NCBI GenBank assembly: GCA_000320545.1
Contig: ADNK01001725.1
Span: forward strand, 80,348 to 144,347
Length of the DNA: 64,000 bases
Direction of reading: 5' to 3'
From: Bigelowiella natans CCMP2755
Lineage: Eukaryota; Protista; Cercozoa
Shown here: positions 1 to 13,438 of the stretch, one piece after another
Layout: each line of letters starts with the position of its first letter
Numbering within the stretch: position 1 is the stretch's first letter
Position numbers and translations under genes: made by a program
The notes under the pieces: generated by a model
Told to the model about the DNA's origin: nothing
What the model saw: the letters and a program-made list of their open reading frames with translations, nothing else
Database searches by the model: none

Positions 1-79
1 TTACATCCACTCAATTTTCGCGGGATAAAAATTTTAATGCAAGCGTTGACTCATAATGTGTAATGTTTTTTGTTGTCGT

Positions 80-119
<40 letters not shown>

Positions 120-139
120 CTGCCGTAGCCACGTATGTA

Positions 140-431
140 TTACTGTAAAGTTTCTTTCGGATCTGAGAGCTTCAATCTTGTCTTTGCCGTGGCCTTCATT
201 TCCATGATCACTTCCTTCTCCTCTTTAAATGCCCTGCTTTTCTCACTAGATGGATGGATCAGGGGGGTTGTGTATGTAGCCACAACAGGGATGTAATATT
301 ACGACAACAACAACAACAACAACAACAAGAACAACAACACAGAAAGAATATCTAAAAATGCTATATGGAAGGTGACTATCATCATCCTACACAACAATAG
401 CATAAGTACCACGGCCATTTACCATACAACA

Positions 432-463
<32 letters not shown>

Positions 464-795
464 ATCTTGAGCTCTGTTAGGTTTTGCAGCATTCGTTGAC
501 GTTGCTGTCTTATGTGCGACATTTCAATCTCAATCTCCTGCATACATTATAACCACAACAGCATCCAAAACAACGCCTCAATAAGAAGACAACAAACATG
601 CGGTTGTTACAATAAGTTGTATAAACAGTGTGCTCGAGCAGAACGTAAAAGTATAACATATGCCAGATAGTTGTGCTATGTATCAAATGAACCACACTTC
701 CCCCACCCACTTTAACCAATACACGATTCTCTATCAAATGATGTGATAATGCTACATTAACAACTGAGCATTAGCTTCACGAATGCATTCTAACC

Positions 796-830
<35 letters not shown>

Positions 831-2282
831 GCTTTTGCCGGTAACAGTTCCCACTATCCCTCCTCCTCCCCCTTCTCTTCTTCCTCCTCCCCCTTCTCTA
901 CTTCCTCCTCCACCATCAGGTTGATCTTCAGCCTGCTTTCCACGCTCCCCCCTCGTTGTCATCTTCATCATCATCATCACACTACTCTTCCTCCTTCCTC
1001 CTCTGCTTCTATCTCTTGTTCTATGTTCACTTCTCCCTCTCCTCCCCATCCTCCTCTTCTCTTCAAAGCTGTTGTACGCATTTGCTGATTTCCCTCTATT
1101 TGAGGAGGTACCCACCCCCCTCCCAGCAGACGTCCTTGACGCTCTTAAACGCCCAAAGGAGGAAGAGGAGGAGGAGGAGGAATAGTGCTGATGGTGAGGA
1201 CGTTTGTACTGGCCATTGCTATTGCTATTGGTATTACGGCTGTTGCTATTATGCCTCTCTGGGTATAAAGATGATGCTGATGCTGATGGTGGTGGGGGTG
1301 GTGGTGGACGCTTATGAGGAGCTCGCGTTCCCGTCATGGTAGTTGTAGTGGCAGTTGTCCTTTGCCGGCGACGTTGTTGGTGACGATTTGAGTAATCATC
1401 GTAGCCTGCTCTGTTGTTACGATGTTCTTGGTATTCTCGTTCCCGTCTCCCTCTTACTCCTCCTCCTCTTCCTCCTTCCCCTTCTTTGTGGTGGTGGCGG
1501 TTGCGATAGTTGTTGTTGTTGTTGTAGATTCGTGATTGTGGTCTACTACGATATTCTCCTCGTCCTTCATTGACTCCCCCGCTAACTCCTCTTCCCTCCA
1601 CCCCCTGCTCCTGGTAGCCACTCTCTTCTTTTACTGCCACCTTGTGGGGCGGGTGGTGTTGGGCTACATTCGTTGATGATGATGAGGAGGGGGAGGGCAT
1701 TGTTGCTTTTGCTGTTGATTGTGCTTCTACTGGTACTGCTGTAGTTTTCTTTTGATGGCCAAGGAGGCTACCTGATGCCTTTTGGTCGTCACGGAATTGA
1801 GGAGGAGGAGGAGGAGGGGGGGGGGGGTTCAAATCACCACCCACACTACTACCACCACCACCACCTCCTCCTCCTGCCCCACCCCCACCATCATCTGGCT
1901 TGGGATCGTCTACAACCACCTAGGAACGAGGAATAGGAGGACTTCACGTTAGCAGCTTCTATACAATGATAATGATGCGAAAACTACTACTTCATGTACT
2001 CGCACAACAACAAATCATTCTGGAACATCATAGCATATTATTCAAATACAAATGTTGGCTTGTGATAGCTTTACCGGGCTAGAATCTGGCTCGTTGCAAT
2101 GGTTCCCTCCTACATTCCTCTTCTTCTTCTTATACGATGTCAGTATTGAGTGACTCTGCTTTATCGCCTTACTGTTTTGCTTTCCTGTCACCTTCTTCTT
2201 CGTCGCTGTCTCTACTTCATCTTCTTCCTCATTTTCATCATCGTACTCATCGAGAAGGTTGGTGGCCTTTAGTACACACACA

Positions 2283-2335
<53 letters not shown>

Positions 2336-2515
2336 GATGGACAAACAGACAAAGAGAGGGAGATGCTCTCACACATGCACACCACACAGCAATTGTTAAT
2401 GTACGTGTTCACTGACATCGTGGGGAATGGAAGCGCAAGCCGTTGTTGCTCCGCCACCAGCACCACCGAAATAGTCGTATGAAAGAAATGTGGCGACACT
2501 GTCGATTCCAACGCC

Positions 2516-2546
<31 letters not shown>

Positions 2547-2711
2547 AAGAAGGAAAAGGTGAGGAAGAAGAATAAGAGAATGAGGACCGACAATGGTGTC
2601 AGTTATAAATATAATAACAACATAGGAAAATGACGATATATGGCAGCATATTGTCCTATTTTTAGGAGCAGCAGTGCTGCAATGGGAAAGGTGCGGCTTT
2701 TTTTATCTCTC

Positions 2712-2766
<55 letters not shown>

Positions 2767-2887
2767 TCGTGAAGCTCCTCCTTAATGTATGAATCTACCT
2801 GCTGTTGTCTTTGTGCAGCAATCTTCGGTGTTGTGTGAGACGGCGACTTGTTGACCTGTGTGTGTGTCATTGTTACATAAAAACATA

Positions 2888-2956
<69 letters not shown>

Positions 2957-3313
2957 CGTAAGGAGTAAAAAGTTGTTGAGAAGGAATTATGATGATAATG
3001 ATGATGATGATGATGATGATAGTGGCCTAAGTGAAAACTGTTAAGTTCTTAGAACATAATCAACCTCCTTGCTGCGTTCTGCCGCGTTCGGTTGAATCGC
3101 CAACAGCAGTGCCTTTTCCTCCTCCTCCTCCTCCTCCTCCTCCTCCTCCTCCACCCCGCAAGAAACTCAATCGCAGAGAAGCCAAGGAGGGAGAAGAAGA
3201 GCTGCAGTCAGCACCATAACTTAAACGACGACGACGTACCTACAATGCAAGTAGTAGAAGAAAAATTGTGTGTACGTGTGTACAGGGCCAATAATATCGG
3301 AATAATGCATCTA

Positions 3314-3348
<35 letters not shown>

Positions 3349-3700
3349 CTATACTCTCGTCGTACTGGGAAGATGATAACTACTAGTCACCTCCTCCTCC
3401 TCCAGATTCGCGTGATAGCAGCATCCCAAAACTAGAAGCGGGAAGTAGACAAGCTTCCTCATGGTGTGGCCGCGATGATGAGAGGAGAAGCTTGGCATTG
3501 CCATCAAGTGGTGCTTGTTGTTGTTGTTGTAGTTGCAAGGGCGTACCACTAGTACTGTTGCTCCTACTGTTACTAAGGCCTCCCTCCGTTCGTCGTCAGC
3601 AGCAACAGCAGCAGCAGGAGGAGCAGCTGCAATGGGTGGGTGGTGGCATGGTTGAATTTGCCGATGATGATGAGGATGAGGATGCTGATTGATGCGTTTG
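140..3700 (-). CDS. Multi-exon hypothetical low-complexity protein with C-terminal coiled-coil segment; 5' end uncertain and apparently frameshifted
   Basis: GT-AG-bounded segments on the minus strand: ~3062-3220, ~2797-2855 (VNKSPSHTTPKIAAQRQQQ), ~2404-2514, ~2074-2268 (ATNLLDEYDDENEEE...), a large exon ~795-1920 (380-aa ORF, G/R/H/P-rich), ~466-537 (EIEIEMSHIRQQRQRMLQNLTELK) and terminal ~140-246 (EKSRAFKEEKEVIMEMKATAKTRLKLSDPKETLQ*). No domain recognised. Confidence 0.55.
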
Positions 3701-3769
3701 ACTACTACTTCCAGCAGCAGCAGCAGCAGCAGCAGTAGCAGCAACAGTAGCACAACAGTAGCAGTAGAT

Positions 3770-4400
3770 TTTGTCCATGCGACAAGGCAATTCACCTTGT
3801 CGTCCTTGCAAAACAAGATGGATGGATCGATCGTCCTTTGATGATCTGGGGATTCGAACACCGGGTTGCCTCCCTCACTGTTGATGGTGAGCACACACTT
3901 CTCATGCGTCTCACCATGATCCTTTCAACCGCTCCAATGAAACACTTCTTTCTATTTTTCTTTCTTTCTTCTCATGCGATCAATTCATTGTTCAAAGTTT
4001 CAGTCGCACTTTGCAGTGTGAGGCGCGTCAACATTCAGTCAGCAGCGCGTGCATGGATGCAATTTTTCATCCAACACACACGACACAATTCGATGCAGGT
4101 CAGTGCCAGAACGTCGTGGACAGCTAGACAGGCATCATGTAATCACTCACTCGTGTGCACAGTGACGCACAGGCCGTGCTAGCGTGCTAGAGTGCTAGCG
4201 TGGCGCGAACTAGCTGCATGTCACAATGGACTGAAAATGTCGATGTCGTCGACGAACACCTCACAGGCTCTCGTGCCTATCGCACAACAAATGGGGCGTT
4301 GACAACTTTCTGCCTCACCATGCGACATGCAATCCACATAACTGAGCGTGCGAGACTCTACCATGAAATCCCATCTGAACACATAATCTCTAGCTAGTCG
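3770..4400. other. TpA-depleted intergenic domain with CTAG cluster
   Basis: About 8 TpA in 3770-4330 by eye, 5 of them in CTAG (e.g. gtgctagcgtgctagagtgctagcg at 4176-4200); TG/CA-rich. Confidence 0.8.
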
Positions 4401-4526
4401 TGACAATTCTCTTCTTGAGTACAGACAGTCTCGTTGCATGATCAAGGAGGGCAATATACCTCGCACTAGCCAACTATCGAAGAATAATTTTAGCAAATCG
4501 TCGAACTCAGTTCTGAGTTGTTCGGC

Positions 4527-7429
4527 CTATTTACTATTTGTTCCCATTACTTGATACGTGATCCAATTCGAAACTTCTAAGCAACGAACCTATCATATCA
4601 TAGAACATTCATCGGTTCTTCTTGGCTGAATTAGGCGTATTCCTCCCACTCGCTATCACCGTATAATAGTATTGTACACACGTTTGAATCCACTAGATCA
4701 TGGTCTATTCCAAGCTGCCATTTCAAATGAAAAGCAGCCTTCTCATCCCTTTGATTCGTTCCTCCTCCCTCATGAAGCTTTATTAGCGTCGATATGTACC
4801 TTGACATCGTGGTAGTAACGGAGGAATATTGAGTCATATACATCACGCTAGTAACAACATTCACTTCATCACCCGCTTTCGATTTACTAAAGAGGAACTA
4901 TTTTCCCTATGTAGCGGTCAGACACCGTCATTGTCATCCACATCTTATTCGTTGCCAACTTGCGCTATATATATTATATATTTGCCTAATCATTGCATGC
5001 AAGCACCACTTGTTCCTCCTCCTCTTCATCATCATCACCATCATCATCATCTTCATCTTCTTCTTCTTCTAATTTTTATTCTCATTATCATAATGTGACC
5101 ACGGATTCAACCTATCTGCTGCTTCTTCATTTTCGAAATATCCTAAATAGAGTATAGAGAAGGAAGGAGAGAGAGAGGGGGGTCTTAGAGACGCTGAACA
5201 GGTGTTCGATGCTGACTAGCAAAAACAAATATCAATAAAACTACAACAACGTGTTGGAAGGAGGAAATGCAGAGTTGAGCCGCCACTTGCAAAAAATGCA
5301 ACTGCAATATGGAGGAGCATTAAGATTACAGGTAGAGGACAGTGACCGTTCTGAAGCATAAAGGCTTTCCTGCATCTCAACAGCATTGCTAACTCGTAAA
5401 AGTTGTACTCAGGATGATACCTAACATACATTGTTATCATGTTGGTGCTCGTAAAGAGCTCAATCTAAAGCTGCAATGTTTACCGATGTGCCGTGACACG
5501 TTAGTGATTAGAATAACACATCATAAATAGCCTTAGTAGGCCTTTCGCCAAACTGTGAAAGATTTCTTTTTATTTGACATGGTATTACTGTACAGCCCAG
5601 AAGCTTCCATTGAGATGGTTGATAGTAGCTGCCTACAGGTGAGAGATAAGCAACAGCCAATGGGATGTAATGGGATCACAATAACAACAATTGATAGTCA
5701 ATACTTATGCAGTATAGCAAGTTAGAGGTAGAAACAATAGAGAAGATACTACGCCAGTGCCCGCAAAGAAGCTTTAATGAAACCACAATGAAGAGTAGCA
5801 GCAGCAGCAGTAGTATTCAATTGTATTGTGCTGTATTGTATTGTATTGTGTTGTATGAGGAGGAGGAAGTACTTGGATTGATGTATGATAGTTTCCAGCT
5901 AGTACTAACCCTCCTAGTTATTATTTGCAAGTAGTAATCACAATTTTAGTAAAGGTGAAGAAGATGATAATGAACTAAAATACACACAAATATACACGGT
6001 TTCGACTGTGAATTGTCACTATCATTTCCGTAGTCACGACAACAATCATAACAAAATACTGCTACTACAACTTCTACTACTACTATCACAACTGCTAGTA
6101 GTAAAAGCAGCATTCTACTAGTAAGCACCTGGTGGCAAGTGTGTCGCCTCGTCGAAATGAGATGTAAATGCATCGAAAACCGTGCTTTTCCCTAAAGACA
6201 AGATCATCATCACGAAAGAGTCTCTTCTAACCTCTCACTCACTAGAAGTAGCATCTACGTATGGCATCTCTGAACATCCTCTCCTCTACTTTCTATGGCT
6301 TAGTAAATGTGCCAAAGAAGCAATCTATCAACAACACAAGGTGCGGCAGTACGCTATCAACATCTCTAGTAGAAGTACTGCGCTCCAAAGGTGACAGTGA
6401 TACAATGATATAATGAGGAGGAGAAGGAAAGAGAGGGGGATATGACCATGAAACATAGGATGGGAACGACCGGCTTCTGTCAACTACATCAGATTATTTT
6501 GTTTACAAGTTAGTAGTGGTAGTAGTAGTAGTAGTAGTAGTTAAAGTAGTGAATAGTTGCAGTACAACTCATTCACTTACTGATTTCCTTGCTCTATCCC
6601 CCACTCTACTTTTGCAATCGATCTTGTCAATTGGTTGGTAGGACTGACCTGGATCTTTCGGGAGATACCAACCTCTCTTCCCCTTGGGTTTTTCATGCAA
6701 ACGCCACCAGCAGCTACGACAGCTACCTAGACGACCACGAGATGACAATTACCAAGAGAAAGAGCAGAATGAAGACAAAAATAGAAACAAGCATCGGTAA
6801 TATTTGCTACCAAGGAAGCATACAGAAAACGCACAAAAAACGTACTACGACCTGCAATGCCCAGCAGCTTCCGAATTGAGGGATTCCAGCCATAAAAACA
6901 TCCTTGCAAAAACTAAACAACGGCAGCCAACAACGATAATGGAATAGTAATGGCGACATAACAATGAAGACGAAAAGGAGGTGAAGAAGGTGGTGAAAGA
7001 GGAAGAGGAGGAGGGTGAGAATACCGGCAAGAAGAAAATAAAAATAAATCATGTGTGACAAAGTGGTGTCATAGAAACTACTACTTCGTACTTCCGTTCC
7101 AGATAACAAATACTACAAATGCTGCTGCAAATTCTTACTCTATCTGTTTATTGACATTGCACTCTCCAGAGTAGATTGTAAGAGATGACCCCGTCCAGGC
7201 AACTAATAGCAACAGTAGTAAGTAGTAGTAGTAGTAGTAGAAATGAGTAAGTTTTAGGGTTTATATGTTCTCTGTTTATCTGTACTTGTTACAACGCAAA
7301 TGTATTCTAAGATTGTACTACCTCCATCGTATTGCTCAATATCAGCTATTCGTAATGAGAAGTTATCGTCTGCAGGATAAACAATATCCACTTCGCAAGG
7401 AGTCTGCACAATCAAGAGGAGAGGAGAGA

Positions 7430-7461
<32 letters not shown>

Positions 7462-7585
7462 AGCGACAAGGGAGAAAAAAATAACAAAGGAAGTCAAGTG
7501 CGCTAAGAAGCATGTTTCACTGTCCACCTTCCCCTTCCTTCACCTTCTCTCTCCCTCTCTCACTCTCCGTGTGTGCTTTTGAAGT

Positions 7586-7629
<44 letters not shown>

Positions 7630-7879
7630 AGGAGCACAGAGCACAATAATAAGGCACGACGGTGTGCTACTCAGACCGGGGTATGATTCCTTAGCATATT
7701 TTCATAAAGCACTCCTGCAGTCGAAGCGCCTCTAAACAAATGAACAAAAGGGAGGGCGAGGAGGATGTTTATTCGCTCATCTTATGCTTTGCTTGGATGA
7801 TACGGTTGAAGAACTTAGGTTGCAACCAAGCATTATTCTTCGCCGCGATCGAGTCGAAAAACACACAACCGGCTCAACG

Positions 7880-7912
<33 letters not shown>

Positions 7913-8165
7913 CAGCATCATTAGTATAATCAGTGATTCCCCATCATCCACCACCACCACCATCACCCTTGCATGAGCTCCTTGCGTCCGTCCTCAGAGT
8001 AGCCATCTAGGACAAGGTACTTCACGACCTTACCAACACTTCTTTTTCCTCTGAAATGTTGTTGCCCAAAAAGCAAGATTCAAGAGCGAGCGAGGAAGTA
8101 TTGATAATCATGCAGAAGAAAGGCGAATGTTGTGTGAAGTACGGAAACGTCATCGTACTCTGCAT
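4527..8165 (-). CDS. Class I glutamine amidotransferase (standalone GATase1, GMP-synthase-like subfamily), 15 exons
   Basis: Phase-consistent splicing gives MQSTMTFPGKRSVGKVVKYLVLDGYSEDGRKELMQGGASTAGVLYENMLRNHTP-TPCEVDIVYPADDNFSLRIADIEQYDGVAWTGSSLTIYSGECNVNKQIDFCKDVFMAGIPQFGSCWALQVAVVAAGGVCMKNPRGREVGISRKIQLTEAGRSHPMFHGKSTVFDAFTSHFDEATHLPPGGLVLAGNYHTSIQAATINHLNGSFWAVQYHPEY...LKWQLGIDHDLVDSNVRCLEVSNWITYQVMGTNSK*. The nucleophile elbow GSCW (~6860-6875) and the catalytic H-P-E (~5405-5415) are intact. The first exon (8143-8165) is tentative. Confidence 0.9.
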
Positions 8166-9010
8166 GAGACGATGATGAAGAAGAGAAGGATCTCCTACAG
8201 CTGGAGAGGAATCGGCGATACATCAACAGCCAGAGATGCAGTTAGCAAGGGTGAATGAGTTGTGTTCTGTTTCTGCTTTGTTGCTCCAGTAGATCTCAGA
8301 CCGTCTCCTCCTACCTGTCAGGAGAGAGCACAACCGAGCACACGTCGTCGCTAGTAGATCTATCTCCTACTAAACTAAGCTACTAGATCTACGACGTCGC
8401 AGAAAGACATGATGATCGATCTCCCCTCATTCTTATCCTGCGACATCCAATCTTCCGATAGGGCCTTTGATCGATTTTCACAAGGGAGGGTCTCTGACAA
8501 ACAGACCGCTTATTTAGATCAACCACGTACATTTATCGCAATTTTACGAAGGAACTCTCTAAAACCAGAAAAATAATAAGGGGTTTTGGTTCATGTCTAT
8601 GTTTTTTGAATTCCGCTCCCGTTTCTAATATACAGAAAATCCAGGGCATCGGTCCAAAATCCTCAAGTATCGGATTTCAGCGGGCAGTGACAGATGCTTT
8701 TCATCAGGAGACGCCGCTCTTTTCGCATGAACCACACAATGAGCACTCCCAATACTGTGGGGATTTATGGCTGCGACAACATCTTTCAAATACGCATGAA
8801 ATTTTTAACACAAGAATATTGCCAACCATCGGTTTGCATTTGTAAGTTGAAAGATCACGGAAATCATGTAATAATGCAGCTTAAATATGTAGTCGCAGGT
8901 TAAAAAACTCCTTAGCTCCTTGAATTTGGAAAGATTGGTTGTCACTCTTTGAGGTGAGACAAGAGGCTGTAATTGCCCCCCTCTACCACTTCACACACCC
9001 ATCCTCCGTT
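8166..9010. promoter_or_regulatory. Putative bidirectional promoter region between GATase1 and phytoene synthase
   Basis: About 850-bp microsatellite-free spacer between two divergent start codons; no specific motif established. Confidence 0.45.
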
Positions 9011-10660
9011 ATGAGCATGCGCTCTCTCACAAGGAATGGGCTTGAAAGAGGCTTCCTACCTTGTTCTTATGTCCTCACACTAAGCCTAGTTCTTGCCGTA
9101 TCAAGCGCAAACCCGGCCAAAAATCAGCCGTTGAGGAGAACAAGCCCCTCGTCAACAATACACAGAGTAGGCTCAAAGGCAGTGGTTGATAGGATAAGGC
9201 AGCGTGTTGTACAAAATCAAGCTAGGCAAAAGACTGTTGCTTCCCAGGTTCGCAGTGTGGTTTTTCACAACGCGATTGAGTTAACATAATCGCGGCTCTT
9301 CTTGTGTTGTTATGTTTTGTTTCAAGGTGGCAATGCCTTCCGAAATCGGTGTCAGGCCAAGTGTGAATCCGATGGAAGATATGCTAAAGGCAAAGTTCGA
9401 AAAATATGCCCCGGAGAAAAGAGGTACTAAAGTCCATGTATTTAGTGCTCTGACATAACCTTACATTTACCCGAGCCTTAAAAATAAAGATTAGGTTCCC
9501 AATTAATCTCCTTTCTTTTTTACACTCCTAATGCGTGATTTTACCTCTCTTCTTATCTTCCCCTTTTTTCTACCTCTATTACCAATGCTAGAACCAACTG
9601 TTGAAGTGATGAAGAGAGCTATCAGTGAACAAATTGAAGCTATGGTATTGAGGTGTCTGTAATGATGATAAAATATGATGATGACGATAGTAGCGGATAC
9701 GATAATGATACTCATTAGACCTTGATTATGAAGGAGAGCGAGTGATAAACAATTTGACATGGACTATAATAATTTCTCTCTTCATTATCTTGAGCCAAGT
9801 TCACCCCTCGCTGCTTTCCCATCCCCCCTCATCTCCTCCTTCTCTAAAGAATGGAAACAGGCAACTAAGACCTGTGCAGCTGAATGCCGACCAACTCGAT
9901 AAAGCATACGGGTGATGAGATGAATCAATGAATCACTACTTGTGGTGGCGACGCTTTGTTGAATCATCGTGTGTTAGAGTATGGCAACTACAACAACAGC
10001 AGCAGCTAGTCTCCTCTAGAGTATTGAGAGTTGTCGTCTGCACTTGCATTGTATCGCTCATAAACGTTTCATGTTGCTTCTCAGTGTCGCTGAGGCCATT
10101 ACAGACGAATACGCAAAAACATTTTCACTCGGTATGATGGTACTAGCTGTTACTCAATGATTTATAAGTTGTGGTAGCATGCGTGGTCAATCTCGTCGTT
10201 ATCTCTTATATGGATATGTTTCGGACGTAAAAGCTGTTTTTAAAAGAGATTTTTTAACAAATTTAGCATTGCTTTTGATTCTTTCTAAGTGGTGATTATG
10301 ATAATTATGATGATGGTTATGAAGATTATATATTGTGATAATGATGGAACGACAACGCATTTTCTATTATGGCCTATTGTATGTTGTTTGTTGGCTTTCG
10401 TTTTCTACCTCCTCTCATATCATTATGACATACACACTAAGCACACACTAAGCTCACACACGGTATTGTTGATGATGGTTATCTTAGGCCTTCGTCTCAT
10501 GGAAACAGAAAAGCAAAAGGTAGTGATGGTGGTGTCTATTATTGCCTCTACAACTGCGCTCATAATAATAATAATTATTAATGTAACTCACACGGGTTAG
10601 TTCTATCTAGACGAAAATATAAAGAAGAATACGAATGTGGGGAGGGGGAGATATCAATAT

Positions 10661-10731
<71 letters not shown>

Positions 10732-13438
10732 ATCCATAGTAGTAGGTAGTGTGTTGAACATCTCATTGACTTCGTTCACTATTGGTTATAATATAATTAT
10801 TATGATTATTGTTTATCAGGCCGTATGGGCTATTTATGTGTGGTGTCGTCGCACTGATGAGCTTGTTGATGGGTCAATTGCATCTCACATCACCCCAACG
10901 GTACTGATTCATGATTCAGTGATTGTTGTTTGTGGTGGTGTCACTGCTGCTGCTGCTGAAGATGATGATGATCCATCCAGCTATTCCTTCCTCCACTGCA
11001 TGAAATATACATGTTGCTACCGTGGTGTGTGCTAATATGCTGCTAGTTTTCTCATCATCAAATTATATCTCACATGATGATAATCTTAAAATGAAGCAAA
11101 TACACTCTCCCAGTACTAACCATTCAATCTCATCATCACCATCTTCTTCTTCATCATCTTCTTCGTGCACTCTTCTTCCTCTCTCTGTAACCTCTCTCTG
11201 TAATACTCACTCACACTATGTATGTTATTATAACACTTGGATACTATCAATTAAAGACTCTCAACAAATGGGAAGAAAGGCTAGATAAGATCTTTGAGGT
11301 AACATCATTTGATGATGATGACCTAATATCAGTTGTGACTTGCAATGATAGATATGTATTGATAGCATATCCATATCATCATCGTTATCATCGTCATCAT
11401 CGTCGCAATCAATCATCAATCACGCTGATTCTCTGTTGAACGAACATGTACTACTGCAGGGTTATGCATTCGACGCTCTGGATGCCACACTTGCTGATAC
11501 TGCTGCAAAGTTCCCCATAGGAAAACAAGGATTCAAGGATATGATCGAAGGCATGCGAATGGACTTGGTAGTACACTTCTTCTTATCAAGATATACAAAG
11601 CTGCTGCTGCTGCTGCTCTTATGTCTCTAAACGTAACTCTGAAGAACAAGTTTGGTGTTGATGATGATGATGATGCTCCTCTCGTTGATTGGTGCTTTCT
11701 TTCCTTGCTGCTAGTACAAGTCAAGATATCAAAACTTTGAAGAATTGAAGGAGTATTGCTACCGTGTTGCTGGGTTAGTTATCTATTTCTCGAGATATCC
11801 ATTGCAGTATCATCCCTCTTCGTTATCATTAGCATTGTCTTCTCCTCTTTCTTCTTTTCTCTCTTTGTGATAATGATGATGACGATGATGAAACGGAACA
11901 CATAATAATGATCCTATTTCATTCACTCTTTCTTTCTCGCCATAGTAACATGATCTTATTTCTGCTGCATTGATTGCTCACTACCATGACCTAAAACAAA
12001 AATAATGAGCAATAATAGAAGTAATAATAATACCATCACCACCACTGATCGATCAGAACTGTGGGATTGATGACGACACCTGTGATGGGTATATCGAAGG
12101 ACAGCACCATGTCTGATACAGAAGTGCTTAACAGCGCAGTGGCACTCGGTACTACTACTACTACTATTAACTACTATATAGTACTAACTACCAACCATTC
12201 TTCTTCTTCTTCTTCTTCTTCTTCTTCTTCTTCTTCTTTTTTCTTCGCCCTCTCTACTACCTACCTACTGTTCAGGAATAGCATTGCAGCTAACGAACAT
12301 CCTGAGAGATGTTGGGGAAGATGCCCAGCAAAGGGATAGGTACTACTTCTACCGAGAACAACAACAATAAGAACGATGACGATGATGCAATGTGGGATAT
12401 GTAGATAACGATCTTTCTCTCTTTCTCTCTACTCATGATCTCAGGATCTACCTCCCACTTGATGAGCTCGCTGAATTCGGCCTCACGGAAGCTGATATTC
12501 TCTCAGGAAAAGTCGATGATAGATGGAGGGTGGGTGATAATATTTGGGAAAATCTCTACACACATACACACATAACGAGAGAGGGGGAGGGGGGGGAATA
12601 ACAACTTCATGAGTCCATGCCATCATATTTTTGTTCATCACGGTCATATGGAATAGTTTGTTTATTCATTCTCGCTACTGCAGGACTTCATGAAGTTTCA
12701 AATCAAAAGAGCTCGAGAATACTTCGCCATAGCAAAGAATGGTTAGTCAGAAGATAGTTAGATAGATAGATAGATAGCAAGAAGTCTCTACTCTCCTCTC
12801 ACTTCTGTGTTCTTTAATAAAAGTGTCAAGTCTTTTGTTATTGTTGTTGTTGTTGTTGTTGTTGTTGTTTCGTGTATGGCTAATGACGTTGTTCCCCCTC
12901 CTCCATCAACACGACCCATCATCATCACCACCACTGATCATGATTATCATGATGATCGTCGTCCATTGACCAGGTATAGCATCGCTTGATCCTTCTGTAA
13001 GGTGGGCTGTATGGGGAGCAGGAATGGTTTACGGTAATCATCGTCTTCACACCATCAGCATCATCATCGTGTTGTTATTATTGTAATTATCATTAAATTG
13101 ATTGATAACCAAAATTGAGACACTACTCACTATTTGTTTATCACGTAATAGGTGAGATCTTAGATGCAATTGAAAAAAACGATTACGACAATTTAAATAG
13201 GCGAGCATATGTTCCAAGGTTTGTGGTGTTGTTACTGTGGTGAATCAGATGATGAACATGATGATAAGACAACGATGGTTATGATGATGGTAATGATATC
13301 GATGATGACAACGGCAATGATGACGAAACATCACACATTCGAAAACGATCGTATTAATGATAATGATAATAATACAGGTGGCGCAAATTTCAATTACTAC
13401 CGGTTGCTCTCGTCCAAACACTTCTCATGAAGCCATAG
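9011..13438 (+). CDS. PSY: Phytoene synthase (isoprenoid synthase class I, SQS/PSY family) with bipartite plastid-targeting presequence, 17 exons
   Basis: Approximate exons: 9011-9247, 9327-9423, 9593-9644, 9850-9911, 10085-10131, 10488-10519, 10820-10900, 11257-11298, 11460-11567, 11715-11773, 12057-12148, 12275-12338, 12445-12528, 12684-12741, 12974-13033, 13152-13218, 13378-13438. They splice in phase to give [87 protein letters not shown] and [21 protein letters not shown]. The N-terminus has a hydrophobic stretch ([14 protein letters not shown]) followed by an R/S-rich transit-like region. Confidence 0.96.

Noticed and set aside
4860-4920. HFITRFRFTKEELFSLC resembling a Harbinger/PIF transposase N-terminus
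   Set aside because: It lies antisense within an intron of the GATase gene; no DDE domain or TIRs follow.
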